From assembly GCA_951406725.2 (NCBI GenBank), contig OX597832.1, positions 50,654,001 through 50,718,000 of the forward strand: 64,000 bases of DNA, read 5' to 3'. Below the pieces are notes generated by a model. It did no database searches. It was not told where the DNA came from and saw only the letters and a list, made by a program, of their open reading frames with translations. Origin of the DNA: Octopus vulgaris. Taxonomy: Eukaryota. This document shows, one piece after another, positions 1 to 14,335 of the stretch. Numbering within the stretch: position 1 is the stretch's first letter; each line of letters starts with the position of its first letter. The translations under genes and the position numbers were made by a program.

Positions 1-396
1 TTTGAACGGCAGTTTTTAAAAATAATTTCTAGGTAACTAAAAAATTTTAAACTGGTAGAATGTGTTTATAAAACATCTTTTTCTCTTGGCTTTATTGAGA
101 AAATTCTATAGTTTGTAAGATATTTGTTGTTTTTTATCCTTCAATTTCTGCAATTTCAACCAATCACTGACGTCTATTGAGGTAAAAAAAAACATTCTGT
201 GCCCTATGAATATGTCCCTCGTTTAAGAAACAGATTGAGTTTATTTACGTTTGTGAAGAAAAAAAAGATACCCTTCCCCCCACCCCTAACCCTAAAACAG
301 ATTGAAATGCAATAGATCGATACTAGGGTCATAATTATGGGTGACAATTTCATATGACACCGCTAGAAAAAACTGCAGTTCAAACCGAAAAGATCC
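1..396 (+). mobile_element. ~420-bp MITE (family M1), left end outside window
   Basis: Ends in TIR ...AACTGCAGTTCAAACCGAAAAGATCC; body matches complete copies at 15878, 31200, 34902 and 57084. Confidence 0.9.
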
Positions 397-566
397 CCCA
401 AAGGACAGTGGCAGCACCACAAGGCATCATCCCATGCGGCCGCTAACGTTTTTACTAGTTCACCGTCCAAGACTGGTACTTGATTTATTAACCCCGGCTG
501 AATAAAAAAAAACAAAAAAACAAAGTTGACCTTGCCGAGATTTGAACTTAGAACGAAAACGAACTA

Positions 567-987
567 GGCGATCTTTCGTCTCTAATAGACCTTTCCGTCG
601 ATTTCCGTAAAATTTTTTTTTTTTTTACATATGGGCTTGCGGGAACTTTTGAAGTAATATACATACATATACACATACACCGAGTGAAAAATCTCAGTTA
701 TCTCTTTCTTTCACACACAAACAGAAGCACTTCACTTACACAACATACTGTCTGTCTCCCACACCCCATCAAACACACACACACACACACACACGCGCAT
801 GCACACACACATGTCCATCAATGCTCCCATGCACGGTAACTTCAAAAGAACTTCCCTCGTCATACAATCGCTTTCTCTTAGTCTCTTTCGCTCTCATTAC
901 TTCGAAAGTTCCCGCAAGCCCATATGTAAAAAAAAAAAATTTTTTACGGAAATCGACGGAAAGGTCTACTAGAGACGAAAGATTGCC
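567..987. mobile_element. Foldback MITE with ~90-bp TIRs and internal (CA)n
   Basis: 567-658 (GGCGATCTTTCGTCTCTAATAGACC...GAAGTAAT) is the near-perfect reverse complement of 896-987; no clear TSD. Confidence 0.8.
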
Positions 988-1356
988 AGCGGTAATAAAG
1001 TCGTTCTGTATAACGCTCTTACGGCTCTGCCTATTCTTGGAAGGGATGTTCATAAACATGCTTGACTGTTATCGTTATGTTTTGTAGTTTGTAAGTTGAC
1101 GACTGGGTGAAAAACGTGGACTGGCACTGCAGTGTAAAGGAACGAAATACCCAAGTGGAAAATTTGGATTGAGAAGTATTGAGTGTATTGTTTATGGGGT
1201 TGAGACGGAGTAGAGACGACAGCTTGAGGTGAATGAATGCGTTAATTGGAGGTGATATGTAAGCTTGCTGGTTAAGAATAGAAACGTGCATAGTTATGTC
1301 TACATGTGTGTATCTGTGTGCGAGAAAGGGAAAGAGAGATGAACAGGAGAGAGAGA

Positions 1357-1398
<42 letters not shown>

Positions 1399-1548
1399 TA
1401 GATAGACTCTGTGTGTGTGTGAGAGAGTGAGTGAGAGAGAAAGAGAGCGAGAGAGGTAGATAGGGTGTGAGTATGTAAGAGAGAGAGAGAGAGAATGAGT
1501 GAAACAGAGAGAAACTCACCTGAAGTTAATGTGCACTGAAGAGCAAAA

Positions 1549-1800
1549 GGAGCTTTTCCTTTTGAACGGCACTTTTCAACACAATTTCTAGTTAACTAAA
1601 CACTTTTAAACTTCGTATACTGGTAGAATGTGTTTATAAAACATCATTTTTTTTCTTGGCTTTATCGAGAAAATTCTATATGTTGTAACATATTTCGTCT
1701 TTAATTTCGAGCATTTCGGCAATTTTAACCAATCGCTGACCTCCATTTAGGTAAATAACATTCTGTGCATAATGAATATGTCCCTCTTTAAGAAACAGAT
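1549..1800 (+). mobile_element. Diverged partial relative of MITE M1
   Basis: GGAGCTTTTCCTTTTGAACGGC start and AACTTCGTATACTGGTAGAATGTG body shared with M1. Confidence 0.7.
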
Positions 1801-2133
1801 TTGTGAACTTTCACACATGCGCTCGGTGGTGGGAACTGTCTCTCACTTCAACGCTCCGCTCTTGTTACTCTCCTGTGCCAATATTAAAGAAAACAATACT
1901 GAACTTAAAGTCAACAGCTTGTCACAGTTAAAGTAACGGCCGTGTTTTATGATAGCATTTGCCGTTCAAGCGTCCACTCGATTGTGCTTTGTATCAGCTA
2001 TAAAACATCTTCCTTGTGTCTGTTGTTGGATAAATTTTTATATAAATTGCGCTGAAGATGACGGGGATTTATCACCCCGTTAGTGATATAAACAAGACTG
2101 CATTTTGCAACAAAAGCCAATACGAAAGTTAGC

Positions 2134-2842
2134 TATTTCTTTATTGCCCACAAGGAGCTAAACACAGAGGGGACAAACAAGGACAGACAAAGCGATTAAG
2201 TCGATTACATCGATCTCAGTGCGTAACTGGTACTTAATTTATCGAACCCGAAAGGATGAAAGGCAAAGTCCACATCGGCGGAATTTGAACTCAGACCGTA
2301 ACGGCAGACGAAATATTTCTTTACTACCCACAAGGGGCTACTCACAGAGGGGACAAACAAGGAGACAAAGGGATTAAGTCGATTACATCGACCCCAGTGC
2401 GTAACTGGTACTTAATTTATCGAACCCGAAAGGATGAAAGGCAAAGTCGACCTCGACGGAATTTGAACTTAGACCGTAACGGCAGACGAAATATTTCTTT
2501 ACTACCCACAAGGGGCTACTCACAGAGGGGACAAACAAGGAGACACACGGATTAAGTCGATTATATCGACTCCAGTGCGTAACTGATACTTATTTAATCG
2601 ACCTCGAAAGGATGAACGGCAAAGTCGACCTCGGCGGAATTTGAACTCAGACCGTAACGGCAGACGAAATATTTCTTTACTACGCACAAGGGGCTAAACA
2701 CAGAGGGGACAAACAAGGACAGACACACGGATTAAGTCGATTACATCGACCCCAGTGCGTAACTGGTACTTATTTAATCGACCTCGAAAGGATAAAAGGC
2801 AAAGTCGACCTCGTAACGGCAGACGAAATACCGCTAAGCATT
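2134..2842 (-). mobile_element. Tandem array of four ~178-bp units of SINE family B
   Basis: Four head-to-tail repeats of TATTTCTTTA...GGATGAAAGGCAAAGTCGACCTCGGCGGAATTTGAACTCAGA...CAGACGAAA. Confidence 0.9.
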
Positions 2843-3394
2843 ACTCTCATAGCAGTATAGTTTGTTTTAACAAAAGATTCACGTTTAAGTGGGGATAAAT
2901 ATTGCATTTGTCGCTAATAAGTAATTTTATAGTGTTTTAACGTTTGCGTAATTGACATATTTTTGTCACCAGTTATATGATTTTAACTTCCGTTCAATAA
3001 TAAACAAACGTTTGTCTCGCTAGGGGATAAGTTATCATAGCTGTTAGAATACATCGAAAATAATGGATGTTTGAACGATAATAGTACGCAACACCGACAT
3101 TTCATAATATTGTTTACAAATCAATTCATAATAATGTTAACAAATCAATATCTCCCGCTGCAATTGGTGACCCTTGACTTCAACTAAAAACTTTATCGTT
3201 ACACATGCATATATTATTATGTAAGTGTGTGTGTGTGTGTGCATGCGTGAATGTGTGCGTGTGTATGTATGGTATGTCTGTTCATCTAACAGGTATTCTA
3301 ATCCACGCTCCAAATTTTTTTCAATTATTCACACACGACAGAAGCCCAAATGCGAACCTGGAACTACGTATAATACTACTACTGGATACATGTC

Positions 3395-3602
3395 CACAGC
3401 AACCTTGAGTTGCCAGTCAGAGATCCATTGCTACATTGTGTCCAGGTCTGATTGCAGGAACGATCTATAGCGCATAGGATCTGTTCTTCTTATTTCGAGG
3501 TACAGCTTGATGTCATCTGCATATTTCAGCACAGCAAACTTTCCTCAAGTTGGCATCTGTATCATTAATATATGCAACAAACAGTAGGGGTCCAAGAACC
3601 AG
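3395..3602 (-). pseudogene. CR1/Jockey-type LINE reverse transcriptase fragment
   Basis: Minus strand reads VLGPLLFVAYIND and, after a frameshift, KYADDIKLY, both typical non-LTR RT motifs. Confidence 0.75.
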
Positions 3603-3752
3603 TAATAAACCGGATAGATTAGGGTGGCTTCTTGACTTTTTGATCTTCTCTCTTCTTGTTTTCTTTTTCTTGTCGCCTTCTTATTCATGTGGGTCTATTA
3701 CATTGTGGTTGTTTGACCTCTTGACGTGAGCTGCTGCAAGTCACTTGTAAGA

Positions 3753-3943
3753 TTAGCTCTTTAGCATTTAAACCGGCCTCATCCATCCCAAATATTCTTC
3801 CTGTTTTATGGAGAAATTGACCCCATCTGGCCTCTCATTTTACAATGTAATTCTAAAAATAAGCAATCGCATTATTGAAACCTCAATGCCCCGAGATAGT
3901 GTGAATAAATAAGCATTACATTTGACAGAATAATCTGAATGCC
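3753..3943. mobile_element. Diverged piggyBac-like MITE (family P2)
   Basis: TTTAGCATTTAAACCGGCC...TAATCTGAATGC is similar to the reverse complement of the 59006-59654 element; another remnant at ~15705-15877. Confidence 0.6.
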
Positions 3944-4374
3944 AATTCCACCGCTTCCAGTCTCTGTAAATCTATTCGGTGTATTTATTTATTTATAAAC
4001 TTTATTACCGGTATTTTTTCTTCTCTTTTTTATTTCTTTCTTTCGTTTTTTTTTTTTAATCTCGGGGGTTCGTTTTTGAACGTCTGGTAACGTCGTTCGC
4101 TCACTAATGTACACGTTATGTATACTTGAATTATCTGCATATAATACAAATCTGCTGAAATAAGATTCTTTCTAAATTGATGTATCTAACAGTATTTAAC
4201 CTAGATTTTTTTGACAAACAACATAAATATTTTGATATGAAAAGAATTTGCCCCCATCGGCTTGCTCTTCAACAAAGGGTCAACGTGCCACCTTACGCTG
4301 AAACTAAGATGGAGGCGAAATTCATATTAGGTAGTTCTATATTTAGCAACTTAACTTTAGCATTTATTAACAGA

Positions 4375-4537
<163 letters not shown>

Positions 4538-4638
4538 GAAGGTCCATAACTTCAGAAGCATCGGTATTTGAATGCTAACATAATGCGTTACACCGTGTTA
4601 CGTGATTTTTGTCCTTGAGTAGCAACTTTTATTTCCTA

Positions 4639-5038
4639 CTGGCAGTATCGCCTGGCGTTGCTCGGGTTTGTAAGGGAAATAACTATATAAGCATTTTTAG
4701 AGAGTTATAGTAAAAAAATAGCAAAAAAATGCATTAAAAATGGAAAAAAAATTATGGTAAATTTTTTTTTTAAATCGTTGACTCATCGTAGACATTTTTA
4801 GAGAGTTACTTCCCTTATATAATAGCGAAAAAATGCATTAAAATGGAAAAAAATGATGGTAAATTTTTTTTTAAAATCGTAGACTCATCGTAGACGCGCG
4901 CTAATACCCAGAAGGGCTCGATATGAATCACGACTATAAGATACCCGGTTTTGGTTAAACTGCACCGCAAAATGTGGGAGTAGTTAGGAATCTAAATCGT
5001 AGGAGACAGACACACAACTTCTCTTTTATATATAAAGA
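4639..5038 (-). mobile_element. Non-autonomous Helitron-like element with internal tandem duplication
   Basis: Minus strand starts TCTTTATATAT and ends with hairpin CCCGAGCAACGCCAGG plus CCAG (CTAG in the sister copy); inserted between A and T with no TSD. Confidence 0.75.
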
Positions 5039-5497
5039 TTTGCTTACCGCTAGAAAGTATGAAAAATGGCTAATATTTCCTTCAAACTTTGCTTTTGTTA
5101 CATTTATTGAAACGCAGCAAAGAATCCCTCTCAATACGTGGCTATGATGCTCCCTCATGATCAGAGATGCACATATTGTCAGTCACTAAGGGACATAAAA
5201 TCTCAAATGGTTAAGGTCAAGCAACTGACAAGCAAATCTGTGGTATTGAGTAGAATATTTGTTATAACGATATTTCTGCTTCAGCAACACGGTGCTGAAT
5301 CTGTCTGAAATGTAATGGGAAATAGGTCAGTTTCAAAACATTGATGTCCAGGTCACAAAAGCAATGTTTGAAGGGAATAGTAGTCGTTTCCTTTGATTTC
5401 TATATAATAGCAAATAGGAGGTAACATTTACTGACCAAAGACAAAATAAATAAATAAAAATTTTGTTACACCTCTGACAGATAATTTTCTTTTTATT

Positions 5498-5890
5498 GGC
5501 GTAGGAGAGGCTGTGTGGTAAGTAGCTTGCTTACCAACCACATGGTTCCGGGTTCAGTCCCACTGCGTGGCACCTTGGGCAAGTATCTTCTACTATAGCC
5601 TCGGGCCGACCAAAGCCTTGTGAGTGGATTTGGTAGACGGAAACTGAAAGAAGCCTGTCGTATATATGTATATGTATGTGTGTGTGTGTGTGTGTGTGTG
5701 TATGTTTGTCTGAGTTTGTTCCCCCTTCCAACATCGCTTGACAACCGATGCTGGTGTGTTTACGTCCCCGTAACTTAGCAGTTCGGCAAAAGAGACCGAT
5801 AGAATAAGTACTAGGCTTACAAAGAATAAGTCATGCGGTACTCCAGCATGGCCGCAGTCAAATGACTGAAACAAGTAAAAGAATAAAAGA
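5498..5890 (+). mobile_element. SINE family A (tRNA-like head, CORE-like segment, internal TA/TG microsatellite)
   Basis: GGCTGTGTGGTAAG...GGTTCAGTCCC A/B-box-like head; ACCTTGGGCAAGT core; tail GACTGAAACAAGTAAAAGA. Confidence 0.9.
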
Positions 5891-5934
5891 ATACATTTAT
5901 ACATAAACGCATGTGTATTTGTTTGTTTGTTTGT

Positions 5935-6294
5935 TGAGCGAAGCGGTCTTCGTCCCATTAGTGGGACAAGTCCGAAACGTGGTCCTTTACTATTCGTAAG
6001 ACCCGCAGAAGAGAAAGCAGATCAACCCCCGACACCGAGAACATCGACGGATGGATGAATGCGCATCCAGGCTCAGCGGTTGCGTAGGAAGTCGGGGACA
6101 AGAAACAGGAAGAAAGAGTGAGAGAAAGTTGGGGCGAAAGAGTACAACAGGGGTCGCCACCACCCCCTGCCGGAGCTTCGTGGAACTTAAGGTGTTTTCG
6201 CTCAATAAACACACACAATGCTCGGTCTGAGAATCGAAACCGCGATCCTCCGGCCGCGAGTCCGCTGCCCTAACCACTGGGCCATTGCGCCTCC
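5935..6294 (-). mobile_element. SINE family C, alternative 3' half
   Basis: Head GGAGGCGCAATGGCCCAGTGGTTAGGGCAGCGG...GGTTTCGATTC shared with copies at 24008 and 27969. Confidence 0.85.
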
Positions 6295-6301
6295 TAACGC
6301 A

Positions 6302-6366
<65 letters not shown>

Positions 6367-7211
6367 ATGCGCGCGTGTCTTTGTGTGCGTGTGTACGCGT
6401 ACATGCGTGTGTATGTGTGTATGTGTGCGTGTGTGTATGACATTTTTATAAGAATTCTTTCCAGAAACCACGTTGAACTTTAGAAAATTCTTGCATATTT
6501 TTACTGTTTCAGTTACAGATTGTGTCCGTCAAATGTTAAAACGTTTACAGAAAGTAGTAAAGGACATTTTTAGAGACGAATAATTTGCAGGATGAAAACG
6601 GAAAGAAGGGAAGATAAAACAACACGGCTGGGATCAATGACATAAAAATGGGGGAACCGGAAGTCGACGGAAGTGGATTTATAATGATGAAAGGTGAATA
6701 CTGAACGCCGTTCGTGGTAAATTTTCAATTTATTAAAATTGTGCACAGAAACTGCTTAATACCGCCGGATAAAATGTATTTGTAACCTTTAACGTAAGGG
6801 ACACAGTCTCGTCGAATTTCTGCGTGACAAGACACTGGTTCTGTCGCTGGGAAGGACGTGTCAGTGGAATACTCGGCCAAGCGAAAAGACTGAATCCTCA
6901 TCAACGATCGACTGAGATTCACCACCACCATCTTCTCCTCCTCCGCCACCATCACGAACTCGTCGTTGTCGGGTGGTTGAGATTAACTACATACATACAT
7001 ACATACATACATACATACATACATACATACATACATACATACATACATACGTGCATGCATATGTGCGTGCATGCATACGTGCATGCATGCACGCATACAT
7101 ACATACCTACATAAATATATACACACATACAATTACATATAGATATACAAATACACGCACGCACACACACACACACGCATATACACATACGCGTATATTT
7201 TTATGAATATA

Positions 7212-7268
<57 letters not shown>

Positions 7269-7337
7269 ATATGTGAGTGTGTGTGCATATATATATGTAT
7301 ATATATCTGTATGTATATATGTTTATGTATGTATCTA

Positions 7338-7404
<67 letters not shown>

Positions 7405-7419
7405 ATGTGTGTGTGTGTA

Positions 7420-7635
7420 TGTATGTGACCGCGTGAGTATCGTTGGTGATTTTCTTTCTCCGTCTTCCCTTCCTTGGACTTTTCCTTTTTTCTATATTTC
7501 TGACGAAGAGCTCAGCTCGAAACGTTAAATCCCCCTTCTTTCTTTCCTTTCCTTTCCTAAGCGTCCAATAACACCATACTTGTTCCACATCCTCGCGTTG
7601 TTGTATTTTCTCTTTGTTCATGCTTGTATTAACTA
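7420..7635 (+). mobile_element. (TA)n-embedded Penelope-like fragment (family H1)
   Basis: Reverse complement of 36893-37100 and 28778-28906; carries a hammerhead motif. Confidence 0.65.
7496..7530 (+). ncRNA. Minimal type I hammerhead ribozyme motif
   Basis: AUUU-CUGACGA-A-GAGC(UCA)GCUC-GAAAC-GUU-AAAU. Confidence 0.7.
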
Positions 7636-7654
7636 TATATATATATATATATAT

Positions 7655-7730
<76 letters not shown>

Positions 7731-7801
7731 GTACATATATATATATATACATATATATATATACATATATATAATAAATACATACATACATACATACATA
7801 C

Positions 7802-7843
<42 letters not shown>

Positions 7844-7861
7844 CATGCATACATACATACA

Positions 7862-7896
<35 letters not shown>

Positions 7897-8472
7897 GCGT
7901 ATTTTGGTTTTACATACTGCAAGCTACATTGCGTGATTGTACCAAAATTTTCAAATAACACCCTTCAAAGTTCCACCTATTAACACTGTATACCTGTCAA
8001 CATGCACAGCCCTTGACATATTTTTTCTACTGATATTGTGTAACTATCCAGCTTAGCTGTCGACTCATTAGCGACTGTTTTTCCTCTTTTATTTTACTTT
8101 GCCATGTAATTTGATGTTCCATAGAATGTCTTCTGTATCAAGAACTGTAAGAGCTGACTGTTAAAATTTGAAATTCTAGCCTTCTGATTTGTATTGTGTT
8201 GAACTCTGCCATGAGATGTCTATAGTTGGATTCATTAGAATATACTGCCCCCACCCATGAAGTGTATTTCAACTAGCTGTCGGTGAATGTTAACATTTTA
8301 AAGACATCACGGCTATATTATGTTGATTAATTTGTTTCAGCAACTGGTGACCCTTAAAAAAATAGGCACTTGGCAAAATTTGGTTTTAGTCATAGTCATT
8401 TTGTAAGTAAGAAACAGTATATTCTTTTACTAGTTTTAGCCATGCGGCTGCGATCATGCTGGAGCACCACCG

Positions 8473-8526
<54 letters not shown>

Positions 8527-8571
8527 TATATATATATATACATGTATACATATATATATATGTATATATGC

Positions 8572-9365
8572 ATGTGTTTTATTTATTTATTAATTTATTA
8601 TATGACGGAACGCACGCATCCATTTCTAAGTAAGATTGTTCTTAATATTAATAATGATGCGCACTCTTAACCTTTCTCTCTCCCTCCATTTCTCAGCCTT
8701 CATTCTTTTGGCTTTCTTCCACCTTACTGTCTCTCCCTCTCTCTCTCTCATTCTTCATTCTTTTCTCTACAACCATTCCCTTTTTTTCTCTCCCTTTCCC
8801 TTACTCCTCCTCCTCCCTCCCATCGTTGACCCGCAACGAGAACTCTACTACTGTCTTTCTTCTGGCTACCTTCAAGTAGAGACGGCACATCTGTTGCTCC
8901 CTCGCCGTTCTCAAAAAATAGCGTTCGTAAAATTTTTTATCTCGTTCGGCTTAACAGCCCTTCTTGTTTGTGTTACTGTTATTCTCCTTGTCCTGTCTTT
9001 TACTGTTTATATTTTGTACTGTCCTGTTTTTGTTACCATTTTTACCCCTCCGCAAAAAAATCTCAAATTTTATTTAATTTGATTTTCGCGGGAAGGATTG
9101 TTTCATTAAAGTCATGTATCGCCTTGACCTTCGAAACGTGGAGTAGATGAAACAAAGGCGACTGAAGAAGGGGAATTTTCCTTGTTTTGTATGTCCTGTA
9201 TTCTATTTTTTCGTTAAGAATAATGTCCATTTCCTTGGTTTTGTGTTTATGTTTTCATTTCTCATTGTGTTCGACGTTTTTTGGTGTCCTGTACCCATAT
9301 ATGCATCTATATATACATATAGAGGTAGGTACGTACATATATGTTTTATTTATTTATTAATTTTA
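8572..9365 (+). mobile_element. TA-flanked element with short terminal direct repeat, possibly Penelope-like
   Basis: TGTTTTATTTATTTATTAATTT occurs at both ends; flanked by (TA)n and (TATC)n. Confidence 0.45.
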
Positions 9366-9376
9366 TATATCTCTAT

Positions 9377-9509
<133 letters not shown>

Positions 9510-10158
9510 CCTGCTCGCTTAGCCAGCGTGTTGGCGTCATTTGAAGGCTAAAACAATGCGAAGCGCATTGTGACCAGCGATGAGTAGCAACATCTGATAG
9601 CCTGGTCGGTCACGGTAATCACGGTGATCACAGTGATATATATATATACGTATAATTATACGTATGTATGCGTCTGTACACGTGCGCCCGCGCGCACACA
9701 CATACACACATACACACATTAAAAAAATATTAAGTACTAGGGACTACTTGTTTGACTAAACCCTTCAAGTCGGTGCCCCAGCATGGCCATAGTTCAACGT
9801 CTGAAACAAATGAAAGATAAAAAGACAAAGATAACGTCAGAAATAAAAAAATGAAACTTCAGCCCCGCCTAATGGGGGGGGGGAGAAACATAATTGGATC
9901 GAAAAAAAAAATGATAACGAATTGACAACGAAAAACAAATAAAGGGACTTCAGCTATATTGATAAATACCGAATGTTATAATAAAAAAAAATCTTGTTTT
10001 ATCCGTGGTAGGAGGTGATATACATACTATGCAAAGGTTAAAAACTACAGCCAACAGAAAGTAATGAATATATTTCAAAACTGTGACGCACTTACGCTGA
10101 AGAGAATCGACAGATAAAGAATATGATAACCAAATTGAAATGAAAATATAGGATTTTC

Positions 10159-10487
10159 GGATCTTTTCGGTTTGAACGGCAGTTTTTTTCTAGCGGTGTC
10201 ATATGAAATTGTCAGCCATAATTATGACCCTAGTATCGATCTATTGCATTTCAATCTGTTTTAGAGTTAGGGTTAGGGGTGGGAGGAAGGGTATCTTTTT
10301 TTTCTTCAGAAATGTAAATAAACCCAATCTGTTCCTTAAACGAGGGACATATTCATACGGCACAAAATGTTTTCACCTCAATTAGACGTCATTGATTGGT
10401 TGAAATTGCAGAAATTGAAGAAAAAAACAGCAACAAATATCTTACAAACTATAGAATTTTCTCAATAAAGCCAAGAGAAAAAGATGT
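10159..10487 (-). mobile_element. MITE M1, truncated
   Basis: One TIR (GGATCTTTTCGGTTTGAACGGCAG) plus M1 body. Confidence 0.85.
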
Positions 10488-10541
10488 GGGACTGAACCGG
10501 AAAGTACATGGTTGCGAAGGGAACTTCTTAAACTCTAAAAT

Positions 10542-11234
10542 TTATTACCTCCGCCAAGGAAGGAGGTTATGTTTTCATCGGCGTTGGTTTGTCCGTCTGT
10601 GTGCAAAATAACTCAAAGATTTGTGAACGGTATTTGATGAAACTTGCAGTAAAAGTTGGTAATGACACAAGGAACTGATGATGAAATTTTGGTAGCGATC
10701 CGGGAATTTTTATGGATTCTTGAAGAATCTTTCATTTGTTATATTTACATGAAGTACTAGCAATATCGCCTGGCGTTGCTCGGGAAATAACTATAAAATC
10801 ACTTTTAGAGAGTTACTTCCCTTATATAACCCGAGCAAAAATCATTAAAAATGCGGAAAAATTATGTTAAATTTTTTTTAAAATCGTATACTCATCGTAG
10901 ACGCGCGCTAATACCCAGAAGGGCTTGATATGAATGACGACTATATGATACCCGCTTTTGGTTAAACTGCACCGCAAAATGTGGGAGTAGTTAGGAATCT
11001 AAATCGGAGGAGACAGAGTCTCACACACACAACTTCAATTTTATATATAAAGATTACAATGCTACGTTCTTTGATAACTCCCTTGAAAATACGTCCATCG
11101 TTTCCACGTAACCTATGGTGGCGTTGCTGTTTCCAAAGTTTATTTTCATTTCTCTATTAGTAATTTTACGTGCGTATCTATCTTAAAATGAGCTGCTTAG
11201 CGGAGGTCTGCGATCTCCGAGTGCTTTTCCAGTT
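10542..11234 (+). mobile_element. Helentron/DINE-like non-autonomous element, interrupted by a Helitron
   Basis: Sub-terminal inverted repeats ACCTCCGCCAAG / CTTAGCGGAGGT followed by a 3' hairpin-like GCGATCTCCGAGTGC. Confidence 0.65.
10757..11053 (-). mobile_element. Non-autonomous Helitron-like element (same family as 4639-5038)
   Basis: TC...hairpin-CTAG termini on the minus strand; A|T insertion site. Confidence 0.75.
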
Positions 11235-11343
11235 GTTATTGTTATTCTTTTTATCAGTATTTACGCTGATTTTGCTTGATTTCTTCTTTTTAATATTGGC
11301 TTTAATGAAGCTAGTAGTAAATTAATATAAACATAGGCATAAA

Positions 11344-11775
11344 GGCGGCGAGCTGGCAGAAACGTTAGCACGGCGGGTGAAATGCTTAGTGGTATTTCGT
11401 CTGTCTTTACGTTCTGAGTTCAAATTTCGCCGAGGTCAACTTTGCTTTTCATCCTTTCGGGGTCGATAAATAAACTACCAGTTACGTACTGGGGTCGATA
11501 TAATCGACTTAATCCTTTTGTCTGTCCTTGCCTGTCCCCTCTATGTTTAGCCACTTGTGGGCAATAAAGAAATAAGAGACGTTAGCACGCTGGGCGAAAT
11601 GCTTAGCAATATTTCGTCTGTCTTTACGTTCTGAGTTCAAATTCCGCCGAGGTCGACTTTGCCTTTCATCCTTTCGGGGTCGATAAATTAAGTACCAGTT
11701 GCGTTCTGGGATCGATCTAATCGACTGGCCCCTCCCCCCAAATTTCAGGCCTTGTGCCTAGAGTAGAAAAGAATA
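11344..11775 (+). mobile_element. SINE B dimer with two different 3' tails
   Basis: GGCGGCGAGCTGGCAGAAACGTTAGCAC head; second unit restarts at ACGTTAGCAC and ends CCTAGAGTAGAAAAGAAT. Confidence 0.85.
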
Positions 11776-12039
11776 TAAACATGGGCATAGCAAGGTTTCT
11801 CTATTATAAAAATACATTCACCATTAGTCGTCTTCTCAAATCCAAGCAAAATACACGCTGACCGGTAATAAAGTCACAGGAAAAAAAAGTTACAATTAAT
11901 TTATGGGATTCGGACAAAACCCTCAAGGACTATCCCTTCCCAGGACAAAAACCCCTGGGAATTTTTTACCTGTGACTTTTTTCCGTGACTTTTTTCCTCT
12001 GACTTTTTTACTCGGATTCAAATAAACAGACGCATAGAC

Positions 12040-12056
12040 ACACATATACATGCACG

Positions 12057-12114
<58 letters not shown>

Positions 12115-12545
12115 TATACAAACACATAAATGTGCACTAACCATAATACCAAATATGCTATCTTTATGATAGCGTGTTTGTACTAACACACTCATATTCA
12201 CATATACGTATGTATATTTACGGGTATGTTTCTATGTTTATGTGTGTATTTATGAATGTATGTATATATGAATGTATGTATATATAAATGTATGTATGCA
12301 ACTGGACGTGCGCATGAATGTACGTATGTATATGAGAAAGTATGTATGTATGTATGTATGTATGTATGTATGTATGTATGTATGTATGTATGTATGTATG
12401 TATGTGTGTATGTATGTATGTGTGTATGTATGTCATTATTCAGTTGTGCTTCAAGATTTCTTGCCAATAGAGAAAAAGACGGTTTCTAACCAAGATCCAA
12501 TTCTTTTTCAATGGAATTTCAACACCAACAAGATGTATGTGTGTG

Positions 12546-12577
<32 letters not shown>

Positions 12578-12586
12578 TGTGTGCGC

Positions 12587-12644
<58 letters not shown>

Positions 12645-12645
12645 G
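12040..12645. repeat. CA, TATG, TGCG and TG microsatellites
   Basis: Direct reading. Confidence 0.9.
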
Positions 12646-12874
12646 TAAGTTTTTATAAGAGTGACCTCTCACATCTATTCTGCTGATATATTTGATAGTT
12701 TTCAGATACCGATTCAGCCTTATTTTAAACCGTTTATTCTTATCTTTTCGCTTGGAAAACTCTGAAACGGTATGAATAGCATGAATTATGAAAATGACAG
12801 ATGTTTTTAAATATTTTATCACTGTATGTGTAGATTAACAATAATGATGAAGAAAATACAATCCAATCTACTCT

Positions 12875-13262
12875 AGGCGCAGGAGTGGCTGTGTAGTAAG
12901 TAGCTTGCTTACCAACCACATGGTTCCGGGTTCAGTTCCACTGCATGACACCTTGGGCAAGTATCTTCTACTACCGAAGCTTTGTGAGTGGATTTGGTAG
13001 ACGGAAACTGAAAGAAACCTGTCGTTTATATGTATGCGTGTGTGTGTATATGATTGTGTGTCTGTGTTTGTCCCCGACCCCCCAACATCGCTTGACAACC
13101 GATGCTAGTGTGTTTATGTCCCCGTAACTTGGCGGTTCGGCAAAAGAGACCTATAGAATAAGTACTAGGCTTACAAAGAATAAGTCCTGGGGTCGATTTG
13201 ATTCGACTAAAGGCGGTGCTCCAGCATGTCCGCAGTCAAATGACTGAAACAAGTAAAAGAAT
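12875..13262 (+). mobile_element. SINE family A
   Basis: Near full-length match to other A copies. Confidence 0.9.
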
Positions 13263-13814
13263 ACAAGAAAAGAAAGGAAGAACAGTTAATAAGGGACCTT
13301 CGACATAGCCCTTTGGACCTTATAGAAATAGCAGCTAAAAGTTCCAGGTTGACTTCACATCCTCTTGATTTAAAAAAAAAATAATGAAGGATGAATCAGA
13401 AATAAAAGATAATAATAAAGACAAGACGACAACGACGACGACAGCAGCAGCAGCAGCAACAGCAACAACAACAACAAGCAGAAGACCATCTTGTCTGGCT
13501 CTCTTATCTTTTATCTTTTACTTGCTTCAGCCATTGAATTGCGGCCATGCTGGGGCACCTCCTTCAAGATATTTTTAGTCGAACAAATCGAACCCAATAT
13601 TTTTTTTTTATAGTTTTGTACTTATTCTATCGCTCAATTTTTGCAGAACCGCCGCTAAGTTACTGGGATAGCTCTGCCGCATAACCGAAAACTGGTCCTT
13701 TGGGTTTGTTTGGTAATAATATATTCCCTAAATTCGCTTTACGACAAAACCTGCCTTTTATTTTAAAAAGACTGTTTGGACGACGGAAAAAGAATTTTTT
13801 TTGTCATACTCTCT

Positions 13815-14048
13815 CTTTTACTCTTTTACTTGCTTCAGTCATTTGACTGCGGCCATGCTGGAGCACCGCCTTTAGTCGAGCAACTCGACCCCGGGACTTA
13901 TTCTTTAGTAAGCCCAGTACCTATTCTATCGGTCTCTTTTTGCCGAACCGCTAAGTAACGGGGACGTAAACACACCAGCATCGATTGTCAAGCAATGCTA
14001 GGGGGACAAACACAGACACACAAACATACACGCACACGCACGCACACG

Positions 14049-14098
<50 letters not shown>

Positions 14099-14270
14099 AC
14101 GGGAAGCTTTATGAAAATAGACAAAAGACGAAGGCAGGTTTACGGAAATAAACAAAAGACGAAGGCAGGTGGAATACAAACAAACAATTGTATTAGTATG
14201 GCGCTCAGGAAATATAAATAAAACAAGTCTTTAACGTTTCGAGCCTACGCTCTTCAACAGAAAGATACAC

Positions 14271-14335
<65 letters not shown>

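Larger units (their letters stand above)
6988..7875. repeat. Compound microsatellite block (TACA, TA, TATC) enclosing a Penelope-like fragment
   Basis: Direct reading. Confidence 0.95.

Noticed and set aside
5945-5990. Hammerhead-like GGACAAGTCC-GAAACGT in SINE C tail
   Set aside because: No CUGANGA-like core, and the triplet would be GUG
9085-9145. GAAGG...CCTTCGAAACGT possible hammerhead
   Set aside because: 5' core reads CGCGGGA and stem I is unconvincing; at best heavily decayed
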